Shown piece after piece: positions 32,911 through 42,656 of a stretch of DNA of 64,000 bases. Position 1 is the first letter of the stretch. Each line of letters opens with the position of its first letter. Source of the stretch: Candidatus Poribacteria bacterium (GTDB lineage: Bacteria > Poribacteria > WGA-4E > PCPOR2b); the NCBI GenBank assembly GCA_965218095.1, contig OZ244587.1:3648001-3712000 (forward strand), written 5' to 3'. The notes beneath the pieces are model-generated. The model saw only the letters and a program-made list of their open reading frames with translations, had not been told where the DNA came from and ran no database searches. A program made the translations under genes and the position numbers.

Positions 32911-33990
32911 TCATGTCTTAATCGCGCCACAGTAGGCACAGGCAGGAAGTTGCGCAGTGCCGACGAATGTCTCTGTTTCAGGCTCCAGATAGCTCTCATG
33001 ATTGGTAACGCAGTTGGGGTTGTCACAGGGGCGTCGATCAAACACAATCTCCCTTGTGGGCGGCTGCGTTAAAACCAACTGTTCAAGCCCCAACAAACTC
33101 GCGACCAACGCCATCCGAATGGGGACGCCGTTCGCCGATTGTTCAAAATACGCCGCACGCGCATCTTCATCTAGTTCATAAGCTAACTCGTTGACACGTG
33201 GTAGTGGATGCATGATCATCGCGTCAGGTTTAGCATCCTCCATCACCGTAGCGTTCACCAGATAGCTTCCTCGCGCCGCTTCCGGATCGACTTCCGGCGG
33301 CAAACGTTCCTCCTGAAGCCGATTCACATAGATGACATCGAGTTCACCGATTACGTCGCCAAGTTGATTCACTTCGATCGGTTCTTGACCATACAGGTGT
33401 TTCAATCGAACAAGGGTCCATTTGGGCATCTGAAAACCATCAGGTGCAATATGAACTAATTTGCCGCCAAACCGTGCGACGCCGAGCGCAAGCGAATGGG
33501 CAGACCGACTGTATCGCAGGTCGCCGCAGATACCGACTGTTATGCCCTCTACCCGCCCTTTCCGCTGGATGATCGTGTAGAGATCTGTGAGCGTCTGTGT
33601 GGGGTGGCTATGGCTGCCATCGCCACCGTTGATAACGGGAACTTTGGAGTAGCGAGCCATGACACGCGCTGCGCCTGCCCAACCGTGACGGAGGACAATG
33701 AGATCTGCGTAGTTGGTGACCATGCGGGCGGTGTCGGCAATGGTTTCGCCCTTTGCCACAGAAGCCGCGTGGGGGTCTGCGAAGCCGAGGGCGCGTCCAT
33801 CAAGCCGTCCCATCGCACTTTCAAATGAAAGGCGTGTCCGCGTGCTCGGTTCGTAAAACAGCGTTGCTAACAGTTTGCCTTTGCAGAAACCTGACCATGT
33901 GGCAAGCTGCGTCCGCATCTGATCTGCGAGCCGAAAAACCTGTTCGATTTCAAAGTTTGATAAATCATCAAGTGTTATGAGATGTCTCAT
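32911..33990 (-). CDS. pyrB: aspartate carbamoyltransferase with C-terminal PyrI-like Zn domain
   Basis: FYEPSTRTRLSFE, HPTQTL, MHPLPR; tail CDNPNCVTNHE...CAYCG. Confidence 0.93.
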   Translation of the reverse strand: MRHLITLDDLSNFEIEQVFRLADQMRTQLATWSGFCKGKLLATLFYEPSTRTRLSFESAMGRLDGRALGFADPHAASVAKGETIADTARMVTNYADLIVLRHGWAGAARVMARYSKVPVINGGDGSHSHPTQTLTDLYTIIQRKGRVEGITVGICGDLRYSRSAHSLALGVARFGGKLVHIAPDGFQMPKWTLVRLKHLYGQEPIEVNQLGDVIGELDVIYVNRLQEERLPPEVDPEAARGSYLVNATVMEDAKPDAMIMHPLPRVNELAYELDEDARAAYFEQSANGVPIRMALVASLLGLEQLVLTQPPTREIVFDRRPCDNPNCVTNHESYLEPETETFVGTAQLPACAYCGAIKT

Positions 33991-34039
33991 AGGCAGTCCT
34001 CACTGATGATATTGAATCGGTTTATAGGTTAGTAGAATA

Positions 34040-34090
34040 ACTCAAGTTGCCAGGTATTGAAAATCCATCGGTTTTCCGTTAAAGTTGAAG
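34040..34090 (+). mobile_element. solo left-end remnant of the IS982-type element
   Basis: ACTCAAGTTGC...ATTGAAAATCCATCGGTTTTCCGTTAAAGT closely matches 40161-40207. Confidence 0.7.
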
Positions 34091-34102
34091 TGTTCTATCT
34101 TT

Positions 34103-34225
34103 CGCTCCAGAAGAGCGATATGTCTATAGAACGCCAATGCAGCCAATCCCCGCGCTCCAGAGGAGCGATATGTGTATAGCAAGGCATGTCTAACCCAAAT
34201 CTCTAAAGCCCCAGCGGGGCGACAG
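34103..34225. repeat. REP-like palindromic repeats
   Basis: Two copies of CGCTCCAGA(A/G)GAGCGATATGT(C/G)TATAG plus GCCCCAGCGGGGC. Confidence 0.6.
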
Positions 34226-35171
34226 GTGTAATGCAGGGATGTGCCAGAATCGATTATAGTGCATCCCTGAAATATGGGTTACTGTTGCTTAACGTACTGC
34301 AAAGGGTATTTATTGAGGGACTTGATAATCTCCTTGTTTAGGTCATCGCTTGTCCATGAAAATCCGAATCTCCGGGCAACATCATCAGCTCTCCAATGCC
34401 AGACATAACCAATTTCCCCTATTTTAGGGGGAATACGTATTACAAACCCATTACCCTCATTATATTCTACAACGTCTGTAAATTTACGTCCACATACCTT
34501 GATTCTGAAGGAATCGTCTCGCATCCTTATAAGAATATCCCTAATTTCTTCTTCGCCGAACCGATTAAACTGTTTATCAAACCTTTCGCTGGATATCGGA
34601 TTATCGTTATAAAATATTGAAACAGTTTCATCCTCGTACATCTTCCGAATTTTCTTAATCAAACTACGTTGAATTGTATTTGCAACTTGTATATCATAAT
34701 CTACGCCAGCAGCATATTTGGATTCAGAAATTCTATAGAGTTTAGGGCGGGCATCCTCACCATTTTCTTTCCACCAGCTATTAGAGGTTTCGTTGGAACC
34801 AGCATATAGTGCATGTGTTCTGATTACCTCATACAATCTAGCATTGATACGATGTTTCTGGTTATCCCAATCCTTATGGTTGACGCAAAATCTCTCGCCT
34901 TCAAATCCATCATATCCCTCGTAGCTGACCGATACAATATCGCCCACCTCAACCCATCTTAGTTGTTCTTGAGGTATGCCATCTATATATTCTGACCATT
35001 TAGCGTTAACATCTAGTTTGACATTACATTTGAATCCGTATTCATTTGTGCTGTCAATCCCTTCTAACTCAATGGTGTGCACTTTGTGTATACTTGGATA
35101 CTTTTCATCTCTCTCATTATCATGAATAATGTATACAACAGTCCCGGTAATGATAATGTTATTATTTTTAT

Positions 35172-36280
35172 GAGGGGTGTGCATAGTAGTTCATTGGAAA
35201 ACAGCCGCCATATGAGAGATATTGCGAGCAGGTAACTTCCATATGGCATTGGCAATCATAGCCACTTGCACTGATAACACCCCGATAGCTAAACAACAGC
35301 GTACATTGAAAAACCCCTTGACCGGTAACTGCTTCTGTTGAGGAGTGGTGCCTATCACTTTAGCAATCAAGTCAAACAACGGTTCAACCGAACTGCGACG
35401 TTTGCTTAAACAGAGACGCTGCTTGGGTTGGTTGATAAATCGATGATACGCCTTGGCAAACCGTCCCTTTGTCCATCTAAGTGCCGGGGTAATCAAAGCG
35501 ACTTGTGCCTTCGCCCAACGACGGATACGGTCTGCTTGGGTATAGGCATCATCGGCAGTGAGTGTCTGCGGTGAAAGTTGTGTCAGAATCTCAGACGCTT
35601 TAGCATCTATCGCCCAACTTTCGGAGACCGACGCACGGTGCACAGTTATCAGTGTTGGGAACGCACCTTGTGTGCAGATAATGTGAAGTCCGTAGCCATA
35701 GACCCAGCCATGATAACCACTCTTGCTCCACGTGGCATCGGTGTCGAGGTTGCGTAGATGTTTAGGTACTTTTCCTGCTTTGCGGTCAGTTTGATGCCAG
35801 ACGGGTCCTCGTGCCTTAAATAAACTTTTGTCGGCTACCAGATGAGCCAAGTTGAATTGTTGGGACAAGTCAGTGGCATACTGACCGATAAACAATACAA
35901 ATGCCTCTATCACTTCATATAATGCCTTATAGCGACGTGCAATCGTGGTTCGATGAGGGGGCTGTTGCCACCCCAGCATTTGTAACACTTCTGGGTGATT
36001 GATTAGCCACCGCCATTGCGTTTTGAAGCCATAGATGCCGTGAAACTGCATCAACATGAAGAAAATGATAAACGAGGTGGTTGAATATGTCAATGGTTTT
36101 GCGTGTGTGACACCTGGTTTGTCAATACGGTGTTGCATAAACTGCTCAAAGAGTTGCATAATAAGAGTGACATAATCAGCCAACATTGGTCTTTGTACCA
36201 TATTGGGGCTCCTTTTGCTATGATAACAATAGGAAACCCTTTTGGCTTGATTATGTCAACTATATTTATGCACACCCCTC
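35172..36280 (-). mobile_element. IS element A (DDE transposase, 336 aa), copy 1
   Basis: 14-bp perfect IR GAGGGGTGTGCATA; ORF 35191..36201 with ADKS, HGWVYGYGLH, ADDAY, RSSVEPLF; IS family not firmly assigned. Confidence 0.92.
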
Positions 36281-36288
36281 ACTTAACT

Positions 36289-37393
36289 GAGGGGTGCTCA
36301 TAAGTAGACTTGAGTCAGGATAACGGTTATAATCTAATCTAACGTGCAAGAAAGAGAGGATTATAACATGGGTTATCCTGACAGTACGTATTATATCACA
36401 TTTTTGTTTGAACAACTTGACCATTTCAACGCTTCCAGCCATGCACCGCCACCTGAGAGCCATGGACGTCCGAAATCGTATACAGACGACTGCTTGATTG
36501 TCCTTTTTGCCATCTTAACGCTCAAAGGCCTCCATCGCTTTAAGGCACAACACAGATGGCTCAAGCTACACCCGCAGTGGCTGTGTCGTCTTAAACTGGC
36601 ATGTGTTCCGTCTCGGGCAACCCTTTGCCGACGCTACAAACAACTCGCTTGCCAGCTAGAGGCGTTCATCGGGTATCTCGGTGATGTGGGAATGACTTTG
36701 ATACCTGACTCACCTCCAGAGGTGGTTTACCAAGACAAAAGTCTGTTTAAGGCAAAAGGAAGCGTCTGGCATCAGAAGGATAGAAATGCCAATCGCATCC
36801 CAACTGGCATCCGTGCCATTGACACAGACGCTAGTTGGTCAAAGAGTCACTATCACGGTTGGGTTTACGGCTATGGGCTTCATCTGACCGTCTCTATAGA
36901 GGGATTGCCTCGTATGAGTGCCATTGACACCGCGTGTGTGAGTGAAAAAGCCGTCCTTGACCGACAACTCGACACACTGCTTGAACAGAACATCGGGTAT
37001 TTAGTCGCTGATGCCGGCTATACCGACTTGAAACGTACCCAACACTTGGCGAACCAGGGACTGTTGCTAATCACTCCCGTCAGAGGCGCAAAGAGTCAGC
37101 GGGCACGGCGTTATGTTGAAGCGGTGAATCAATCGGCGCAGTTGCAGACCTATCAACACAAGCGCAAGGTTGCTATTGAACCTATCTTTGGATTGTTGAG
37201 CCAATTACTATCGACCCATACCAATCATAAGCAATTGCCGGTGAGTCGAAAAGCGAATGTCTCTACCTTTTTGATGCTGGGGGTGGTTTTACTGCAACTG
37301 GCTATGTTAGTCAATTCTATTTGGGGAAGACCCCTGAGAAATGTAACACATCTGATTACACTCTTTCGATAAGGGGACTTATGCACACCCCTC
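36289..37393 (+). mobile_element. IS element B (related DDE transposase)
   Basis: Imperfect IR GAGGGGTGCTCATAAGT / ACTTATGCACACCCCTC; ORF 36344..37372 shares the DKSLFKA and HGWVYGYGLH motifs; promoter TAGACT-N17-TATAAT at 36305-36333. Confidence 0.9.
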
Positions 37394-37664
37394 ATTTTTA
37401 TGGAATGATTTATATTTTTCATATAAATCATTCCAATCTTTATCATTCCATAAGGGTGCCCGATGTCCCAAAAATGGCTCCCATTTTCGAGAGTACTCCT
37501 CTGCTGACATAGCTACTGTCCCTATTAGGGCAGAGTACGCTGAAGGTACTAAACAGATGATAGTTAACACCAAGAATATCAACAAGGATCTCATTATTTC
37601 AATCCCATTCCTTATACGCAGGGTGGCCTGTAGGAGGCTGTTCCTTCAGTTATTTCAATACCCT

Positions 37665-38588
37665 TTACGTTTCCAGACTGCCCATCAATTCTGCGATTGA
37701 ACACATCCCATGCCGCTCGAGATATTCTTCGATACCATCAACTACATCCAAGGAGGCGCGTGGATTGATGAAATTTGCCGTCCCGACTGCAACGGCGGCT
37801 GCTCCCGCGATGCAAAACTCAATAGCGTCATCGCTGGTCATGATGCCGCCCATGCCGATAATTGGAATGCTGACAGCATTGTAGACCTGCCAGACCATAC
37901 GCAGTGCGATTGGCTTAATTGCGGGTCCCGACAGTCCTCCCGTAACGTTGGCGAGCTGCGGACGATGGGTGTTGATGTCAATTGCCATTCCAAGAGCGGT
38001 ATTGATTACGGAAAGCCCATCGGCACCGGCACCCTCTGCAGCGCGGGCAATAACGGTAATATCTGTGACATTTGGTGAGAGTTTGACAAGGAGCGGTAGA
38101 GTTGTCTTCTCCCTAACGCCTTTAACGAGTTCATCAGTCAACTTTGGGTTAACACCAAAACTCATCCCACCACAATGCAGGTTTGGGCAGGAGATGTTGA
38201 GTTCGATTGCCGCAACCCCATCGGCAGCGTCCAACTTCTCCGTGACCTCCAAATATTCTTCCACCTGCTCGCCGCAGATGTTCACAATTACGGGTACATC
38301 AAAGTTGCGGAGGTAAGGCAGCTTTTTATCGATGAACCCATCCACGCCAACGTTTTGCAACCCGATTGCGTTGAGCATCCCCGACGGCGTCTCAAAGATT
38401 CGTGGCATCGAATTTCCCGCCCACGGCACACTTGTGATACCTTTGACAACGATCGCGCCAAGCTGATTCAGGTCAATGAAGTCCACGTACTCGCTGCCGT
38501 AGCCAAAAGTCCCCGATGCCGTCATGACAGGGTTTTTCATCTGGATACCGGCGACCTCAACTTCAAGCGAAGGGTGAATGCCACTCAT
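37665..38588 (-). CDS. pyrD: dihydroorotate dehydrogenase (class 1B) catalytic subunit
   Basis: [38 protein letters not shown]. Confidence 0.95.
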   Translation of the reverse strand: MSGIHPSLEVEVAGIQMKNPVMTASGTFGYGSEYVDFIDLNQLGAIVVKGITSVPWAGNSMPRIFETPSGMLNAIGLQNVGVDGFIDKKLPYLRNFDVPVIVNICGEQVEEYLEVTEKLDAADGVAAIELNISCPNLHCGGMSFGVNPKLTDELVKGVREKTTLPLLVKLSPNVTDITVIARAAEGAGADGLSVINTALGMAIDINTHRPQLANVTGGLSGPAIKPIALRMVWQVYNAVSIPIIGMGGIMTSDDAIEFCIAGAAAVAVGTANFINPRASLDVVDGIEEYLERHGMCSIAELMGSLET

Positions 38589-38598
38589 TTTTTCTTCC

Positions 38599-38940
38599 TC
38601 ACTCCGTATACAACGCGTCCGTTTTTGCCGCCATAATGAAGTCGTTCCGATGCAGCCCTCTGATTTTGTGCGTCCACCATGTGACAGTCACTCTACCCCA
38701 TTCGGTCAAGAGCGCGGGATGGTGGCCTTCCTCTTCCGCCAACTCTCCCACACGATTTGTGAATGCCAATGCCTGTGCAAAACCATCAAACCGGAAAAGA
38801 CGTTCCAGCCGCTTGATCTCATCACGCTCAATCAGTTCCCAGTCGGAAACTTGCGGGTGATATTCCGCAATCTCTGTGTCAGTAACCTTCGGTGCGTCCC
38901 GACGACAGGCAACGCATTTCATTACTGTTAATGCTTCCAT
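38599..38940 (-). CDS. phhB: pterin-4-alpha-carbinolamine dehydratase
   Basis: [24 protein letters not shown]...[14 protein letters not shown]. Confidence 0.93.
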   Translation of the reverse strand: MEALTVMKCVACRRDAPKVTDTEIAEYHPQVSDWELIERDEIKRLERLFRFDGFAQALAFTNRVGELAEEEGHHPALLTEWGRVTVTWWTHKIRGLHRNDFIMAAKTDALYTE

Positions 38941-38982
38941 TGTTGATCTCCTTCAAAGCATATACGTTTTGCGCATTACGTT

Positions 38983-39837
38983 TTACCAAACAATATCTCC
39001 AGCATTAAACACGGGCCCCTCCGTACAAACCCGCTGATACTCAAATCCACCTCCCGGTGTGTGCACCTTGCAGACGCAACCGAGACAGACCCCCATCGCA
39101 CACCCCATCCGATTCTCCATCGCCAATTGCGTGGGGATGCGATAATCCAGCGCAATCTTCGTCACGGCGCGCAGCATGCCGGTGGGACCACAGGCGTAGA
39201 TAACCGGATTGTGCAGTTCGTAAGTCCCGCTTCGCGGAATTCTCGGTGAAACCGGGACCCGTAGCTGTTCCAGAATTTGCGTGAGAACCTCTGTAACAAA
39301 TCCGTGATGCCCAACGCTGCCGTCATCGGTGGCAATGTACGTTTCAACGCCGATTTCCTTCAAATCGCTCACACTCAACAAGCGTGCACGATTCATCGAT
39401 CCGACTAAGCCGAGTGTGCGTACGCCTGCATGTCGTAACGCAGTGGCAAGTAGCATCAGCGATGCAATTCCTGCCCCACCGCCAACGATAATTGCGGGAT
39501 CTAGATCTGATGAAATGTCGAAGGTATTACCAAGTGGCCCAAGCACACGAAGCTGATCGCCGGTCTGTAGATGCGACAGCACCGCTGTCCCTTCTCCGAT
39601 GATCTGATAGAGCATAGTGATCTGATCATCGTCAACAGTGTAGACTGTGAATGGGCGACGCAAGAGCAGTCCATTTCCTTGTGAAATCAGAAGGTGGATG
39701 AACTGACCGGGCAGTGCGCTTGCGGCAATCTCTGGGCACGTGCAACGCAACAGATAGTGCCCCTGGGCAACCTGTTCGTTGGAGATGATTTGTGTGAAAA
39801 GGTCGAACTTCGTAGGGGAGGAGATATAAATTTGCAT
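38983..39837 (-). CDS. pyrK: dihydroorotate dehydrogenase electron transfer subunit
   Basis: PGQF, LRRPF, GPLGN, GGGAGIA, ACGP, MGCAMGVCLGC, VCTEGPVF. Confidence 0.93.
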   Translation of the reverse strand: MQIYISSPTKFDLFTQIISNEQVAQGHYLLRCTCPEIAASALPGQFIHLLISQGNGLLLRRPFTVYTVDDDQITMLYQIIGEGTAVLSHLQTGDQLRVLGPLGNTFDISSDLDPAIIVGGGAGIASLMLLATALRHAGVRTLGLVGSMNRARLLSVSDLKEIGVETYIATDDGSVGHHGFVTEVLTQILEQLRVPVSPRIPRSGTYELHNPVIYACGPTGMLRAVTKIALDYRIPTQLAMENRMGCAMGVCLGCVCKVHTPGGGFEYQRVCTEGPVFNAGDIVW

Positions 39838-39839
39838 AC

Positions 39840-39995
39840 GCTATTATTCTGTAGAAGTAGCCAACGCGCTACCGCCAGGCCTGTGTATTCATCGACCAGG
39901 AAGCGCATTTATGTTACCTCTACTGCTAACGGCATAAAGGCAGTGTCTTCCAGGGATTTGGAGGCATATAGCAAACGCGTCTGAATGTCTTCCTT
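39840..39995 (-). pseudogene. remnant DUF433 / DUF5615 (PIN) toxin-antitoxin pair
   Basis: EDIQTRLLYASKSL...* immediately followed by MRFLVDEYTGLAVARWL; both truncated. Confidence 0.55.
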
Positions 39996-40106
39996 AGGAC
40001 TTATGCAACCGATGTACAGAACCTGCGATTTCACGGTATCCTGAATCCGAGACAAGGTGCACAGGAGGTTGAGGGCATAATCAGACGGTTCAATTGCGTA
40101 AGTCCT
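39996..40106. mobile_element. 111-bp MITE
   Basis: IR AGGACTTATGCAA / TTGCGTAAGTCCT; similar solo ends near 4532-4542 and 12996-13005. Confidence 0.6.
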
Positions 40107-40160
40107 GTATGATTAACCTACGCCATTTACTAGCGTGAAAAGTTTCAACTGGTTCTACTA

Positions 40161-41062
40161 ACCCAAGTTGCTAGTAATTGAAAATCCATGGGTTTTCCGT
40201 TAAAGTAGAGGTAATCCAAACCATAATACCTCAAAGGAGAAACCCATGGACATACAAATTGCAACCATTTTCTATCTCTGTGACAAGCTCTTAGAAGCAC
40301 TCAACTCAAAACCACACCCACAAACGCAGATGTCTGATGCCGAAGTCATGACCACCGGCATCGTCGCTGCGTTGTTCTTCGGGGCAAACTTGCAAACCAC
40401 TTGTGACTTTCTAAAGACTCATGGCTATATACCCAAGATGCTTTCAAAAAGTCGATTAAACCGATGTTCACCACATTGTTCAAAATCTTGGGACGAAGCT
40501 ATGTGCAACTTAATCAACAGAAAATCTATGCACTGGATACCATACCAATTGCTGTTTGTTCCGCATTCGTCGGTCAAAAATCTACACCGATAAGGCATAT
40601 CGAGGCTATCAAGCGTCCAAACGTCGGTATTTCTATGGCTTGAAAGTTCATCTGCTAGTGACTGCGAGTCGACACCCTGTTGAATTTTTTGTGACCCCAG
40701 CCAGTACAGGGGACGTTGAAGGGTTACAGTGGTTTGACTTCGACTTGCCACCGGGCTATGGTGACAAAGCATACAATAATTATGAGATAGAAGATATTGT
40801 TACATCGGTCGGAGTCGAATTAAAGCCAGTACGCAAGAAGAATTCCAAGCGGCTGTATCCACCATGGGAGACCTACTTGGCTAATTACCATCGTAAGTCT
40901 GTTGAGATGGCTGGCAGTTTGATTAACAAACTGCTTCCACGTTCAATCCATGCAGTAACGCGACACGGATTTGAATTGAAAGTGGTCTTGTTTGTATTGG
41001 CTAGCAGTATCAATCAGCTCTGAGTTCACTCACATATTCGATGAATAGGTCGCAACTTGGGT
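40161..41062 (+). mobile_element. IS982 family element with frameshifted transposase
   Basis: IR ACCCAAGTTGC / GCAACTTGGGT; 8-bp TSD TTCTACTA; MSDAEVMT, YFYGLKVH, YGDKAY, IHAVT motifs. Confidence 0.9.
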
Positions 41063-41549
41063 TTCTACTATAAAAACTGTTGATAATTTTACCCTGTTTT
41101 GGGGGGAAACGCAACCATTTTCCCTGAAACCCGGAACGGGTGTATGGAAATTCTTTAAAAACTGTAGCCGCCTTCTGCAGATTGGCGCAGAAGAGATTGA
41201 GTTACTCGCTCCAATGTGTGACGGAAGAGTTGTCCATTTTCCTTATGGCCGTCAAATCATTCTAAATTTTTCCAATCTGGTAGGTTGTTCCTCGAAGAGC
41301 TACCGTACCGTTGTCGTTGATAAGAAATAGAACGATCAGTCAGGAATATGGATGCTGATGGTTACTCAACCCAAAGGTGAGAAAACCAGTCTCCGTCAGT
41401 TTGGCCAATATGAGGTGATTTTCCAGGTATTTGCACAAGTTTACAATTCGGCCAAAGACTAGGATCGGAATCGCGTCATAAGTGCCACCGTCACGTCGAA
41501 GGCAACCACCTGAACCCCACTAGCCAATTGTTTACTCCTACCATTTACT

Positions 41550-42620
41550 TCAAGGAACGTCGACCTCAATTCGGCGGCCACTACGGTTGGATTCCAGGGC
41601 TGCATCAATAATGCGGGCAACCTGCAAAGCATCGCAGCCGGATGCAGGCGAGGAGCCCCTGCCTTGAGCGGCGCGAATAAAATCACGGATGAAATGTTCG
41701 CCAGAGACGCCACCATAGGCGAGAGATTCACCCAGGGTATAGTCGAATTCGCGCTGGGGAGCGCCTGCCCAGGTATCATGGGTCGTTTCAACGTTCAGAT
41801 GCGTAGCGGTTCCTGGCGAAGACCAGTAAATCCGACCGTCCTGGCCGTTGATACCGACATAAGTGTCATAACTGGGTTGATTAGGGTATTTTTCTCCGCT
41901 GAACGCCAACGTATACCCCACATGCAGAGAGCCAATAGCCCCAGACCGAAGGCGCAGAGAGAAGGTCGCAATATCTTCTACGTCAATATCCTCACCACTG
42001 CGTGTTGCAACTTCAGCTAAGACCGAAACAATCTCATCGTGAGTGATGTAGCGCATCATATCGATATAATGACAGCCCAACCAGGCAAGGATTCCGCTCC
42101 CAGCATATTCGTGACGAAATAACCAACCTCTGGGGTTGCGAAACTTCACCTGCGTGGTCAGCATCCGCATCTCGACCGACATCAGTGGCCCTAGCAACCC
42201 TTGACCCACAAGATCGCGCACCCCACGAATCAAAGGGTTGTACCGGTTTTGATAGCAAACGCCTAATTGCGTACCCATACGTTCTGCAGTTTCGACCACA
42301 CGCTGTACATCTGGAGCGGTCCTGCCAATCGGTTTCTCAGCCATCAGGTGTTTGCCTGATTCCAGCACCCGCGCAAAAATATCTGGCTTCAAGTCAGTCC
42401 GCAGAGTCGCAATCACGAAGAAAATATCGTCCCGTGCTAGAATTTCATCCAGATTCGTGGTCATACCTTCAATCTTTTGTACCTCGGATTGCTGGGCAGC
42501 AGCCAGGGCTGTTTCGTTCTCGCCCCAGATGACAATACTTTCTACTTCCGGCAATTCCTGTAATGTTCCCAGATGTCCGTCAAAATGAGGATTCCCGGTG
42601 CCTAGCAAAGCTGCTTTCAT
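41550..42620 (-). CDS. Gfo/Idh/MocA oxidoreductase
   Basis: GKHLMAEKP; GILAWLGCHYID. Confidence 0.9.
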   Translation of the reverse strand: MKAALLGTGNPHFDGHLGTLQELPEVESIVIWGENETALAAAQQSEVQKIEGMTTNLDEILARDDIFFVIATLRTDLKPDIFARVLESGKHLMAEKPIGRTAPDVQRVVETAERMGTQLGVCYQNRYNPLIRGVRDLVGQGLLGPLMSVEMRMLTTQVKFRNPRGWLFRHEYAGSGILAWLGCHYIDMMRYITHDEIVSVLAEVATRSGEDIDVEDIATFSLRLRSGAIGSLHVGYTLAFSGEKYPNQPSYDTYVGINGQDGRIYWSSPGTATHLNVETTHDTWAGAPQREFDYTLGESLAYGGVSGEHFIRDFIRAAQGRGSSPASGCDALQVARIIDAALESNRSGRRIEVDVP

Positions 42621-42656
42621 TTCTGCTTCCCTTCCATTCTTCCAATTTTTGTATTA

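Larger units (their letters stand above)
34279..37594 (-). pseudogene. AT-rich secreted hypothetical protein (about 361 aa) split by the IS dimer
   Basis: Signal peptide MRSLLIFLVL...KSFHKN joins NNIIITG in frame once 35172-37393 and one TSD are removed. Confidence 0.8.

Noticed and set aside
34103-34180. Two 27-bp repeats as a mini CRISPR array
   Set aside because: Only two imperfect copies with a short gap and REP-like palindromes; no leader or CRISPR-type end.
41100-41450. Possible gene remnant
   Set aside because: The frames examined are interrupted by stops and no family was recognised.
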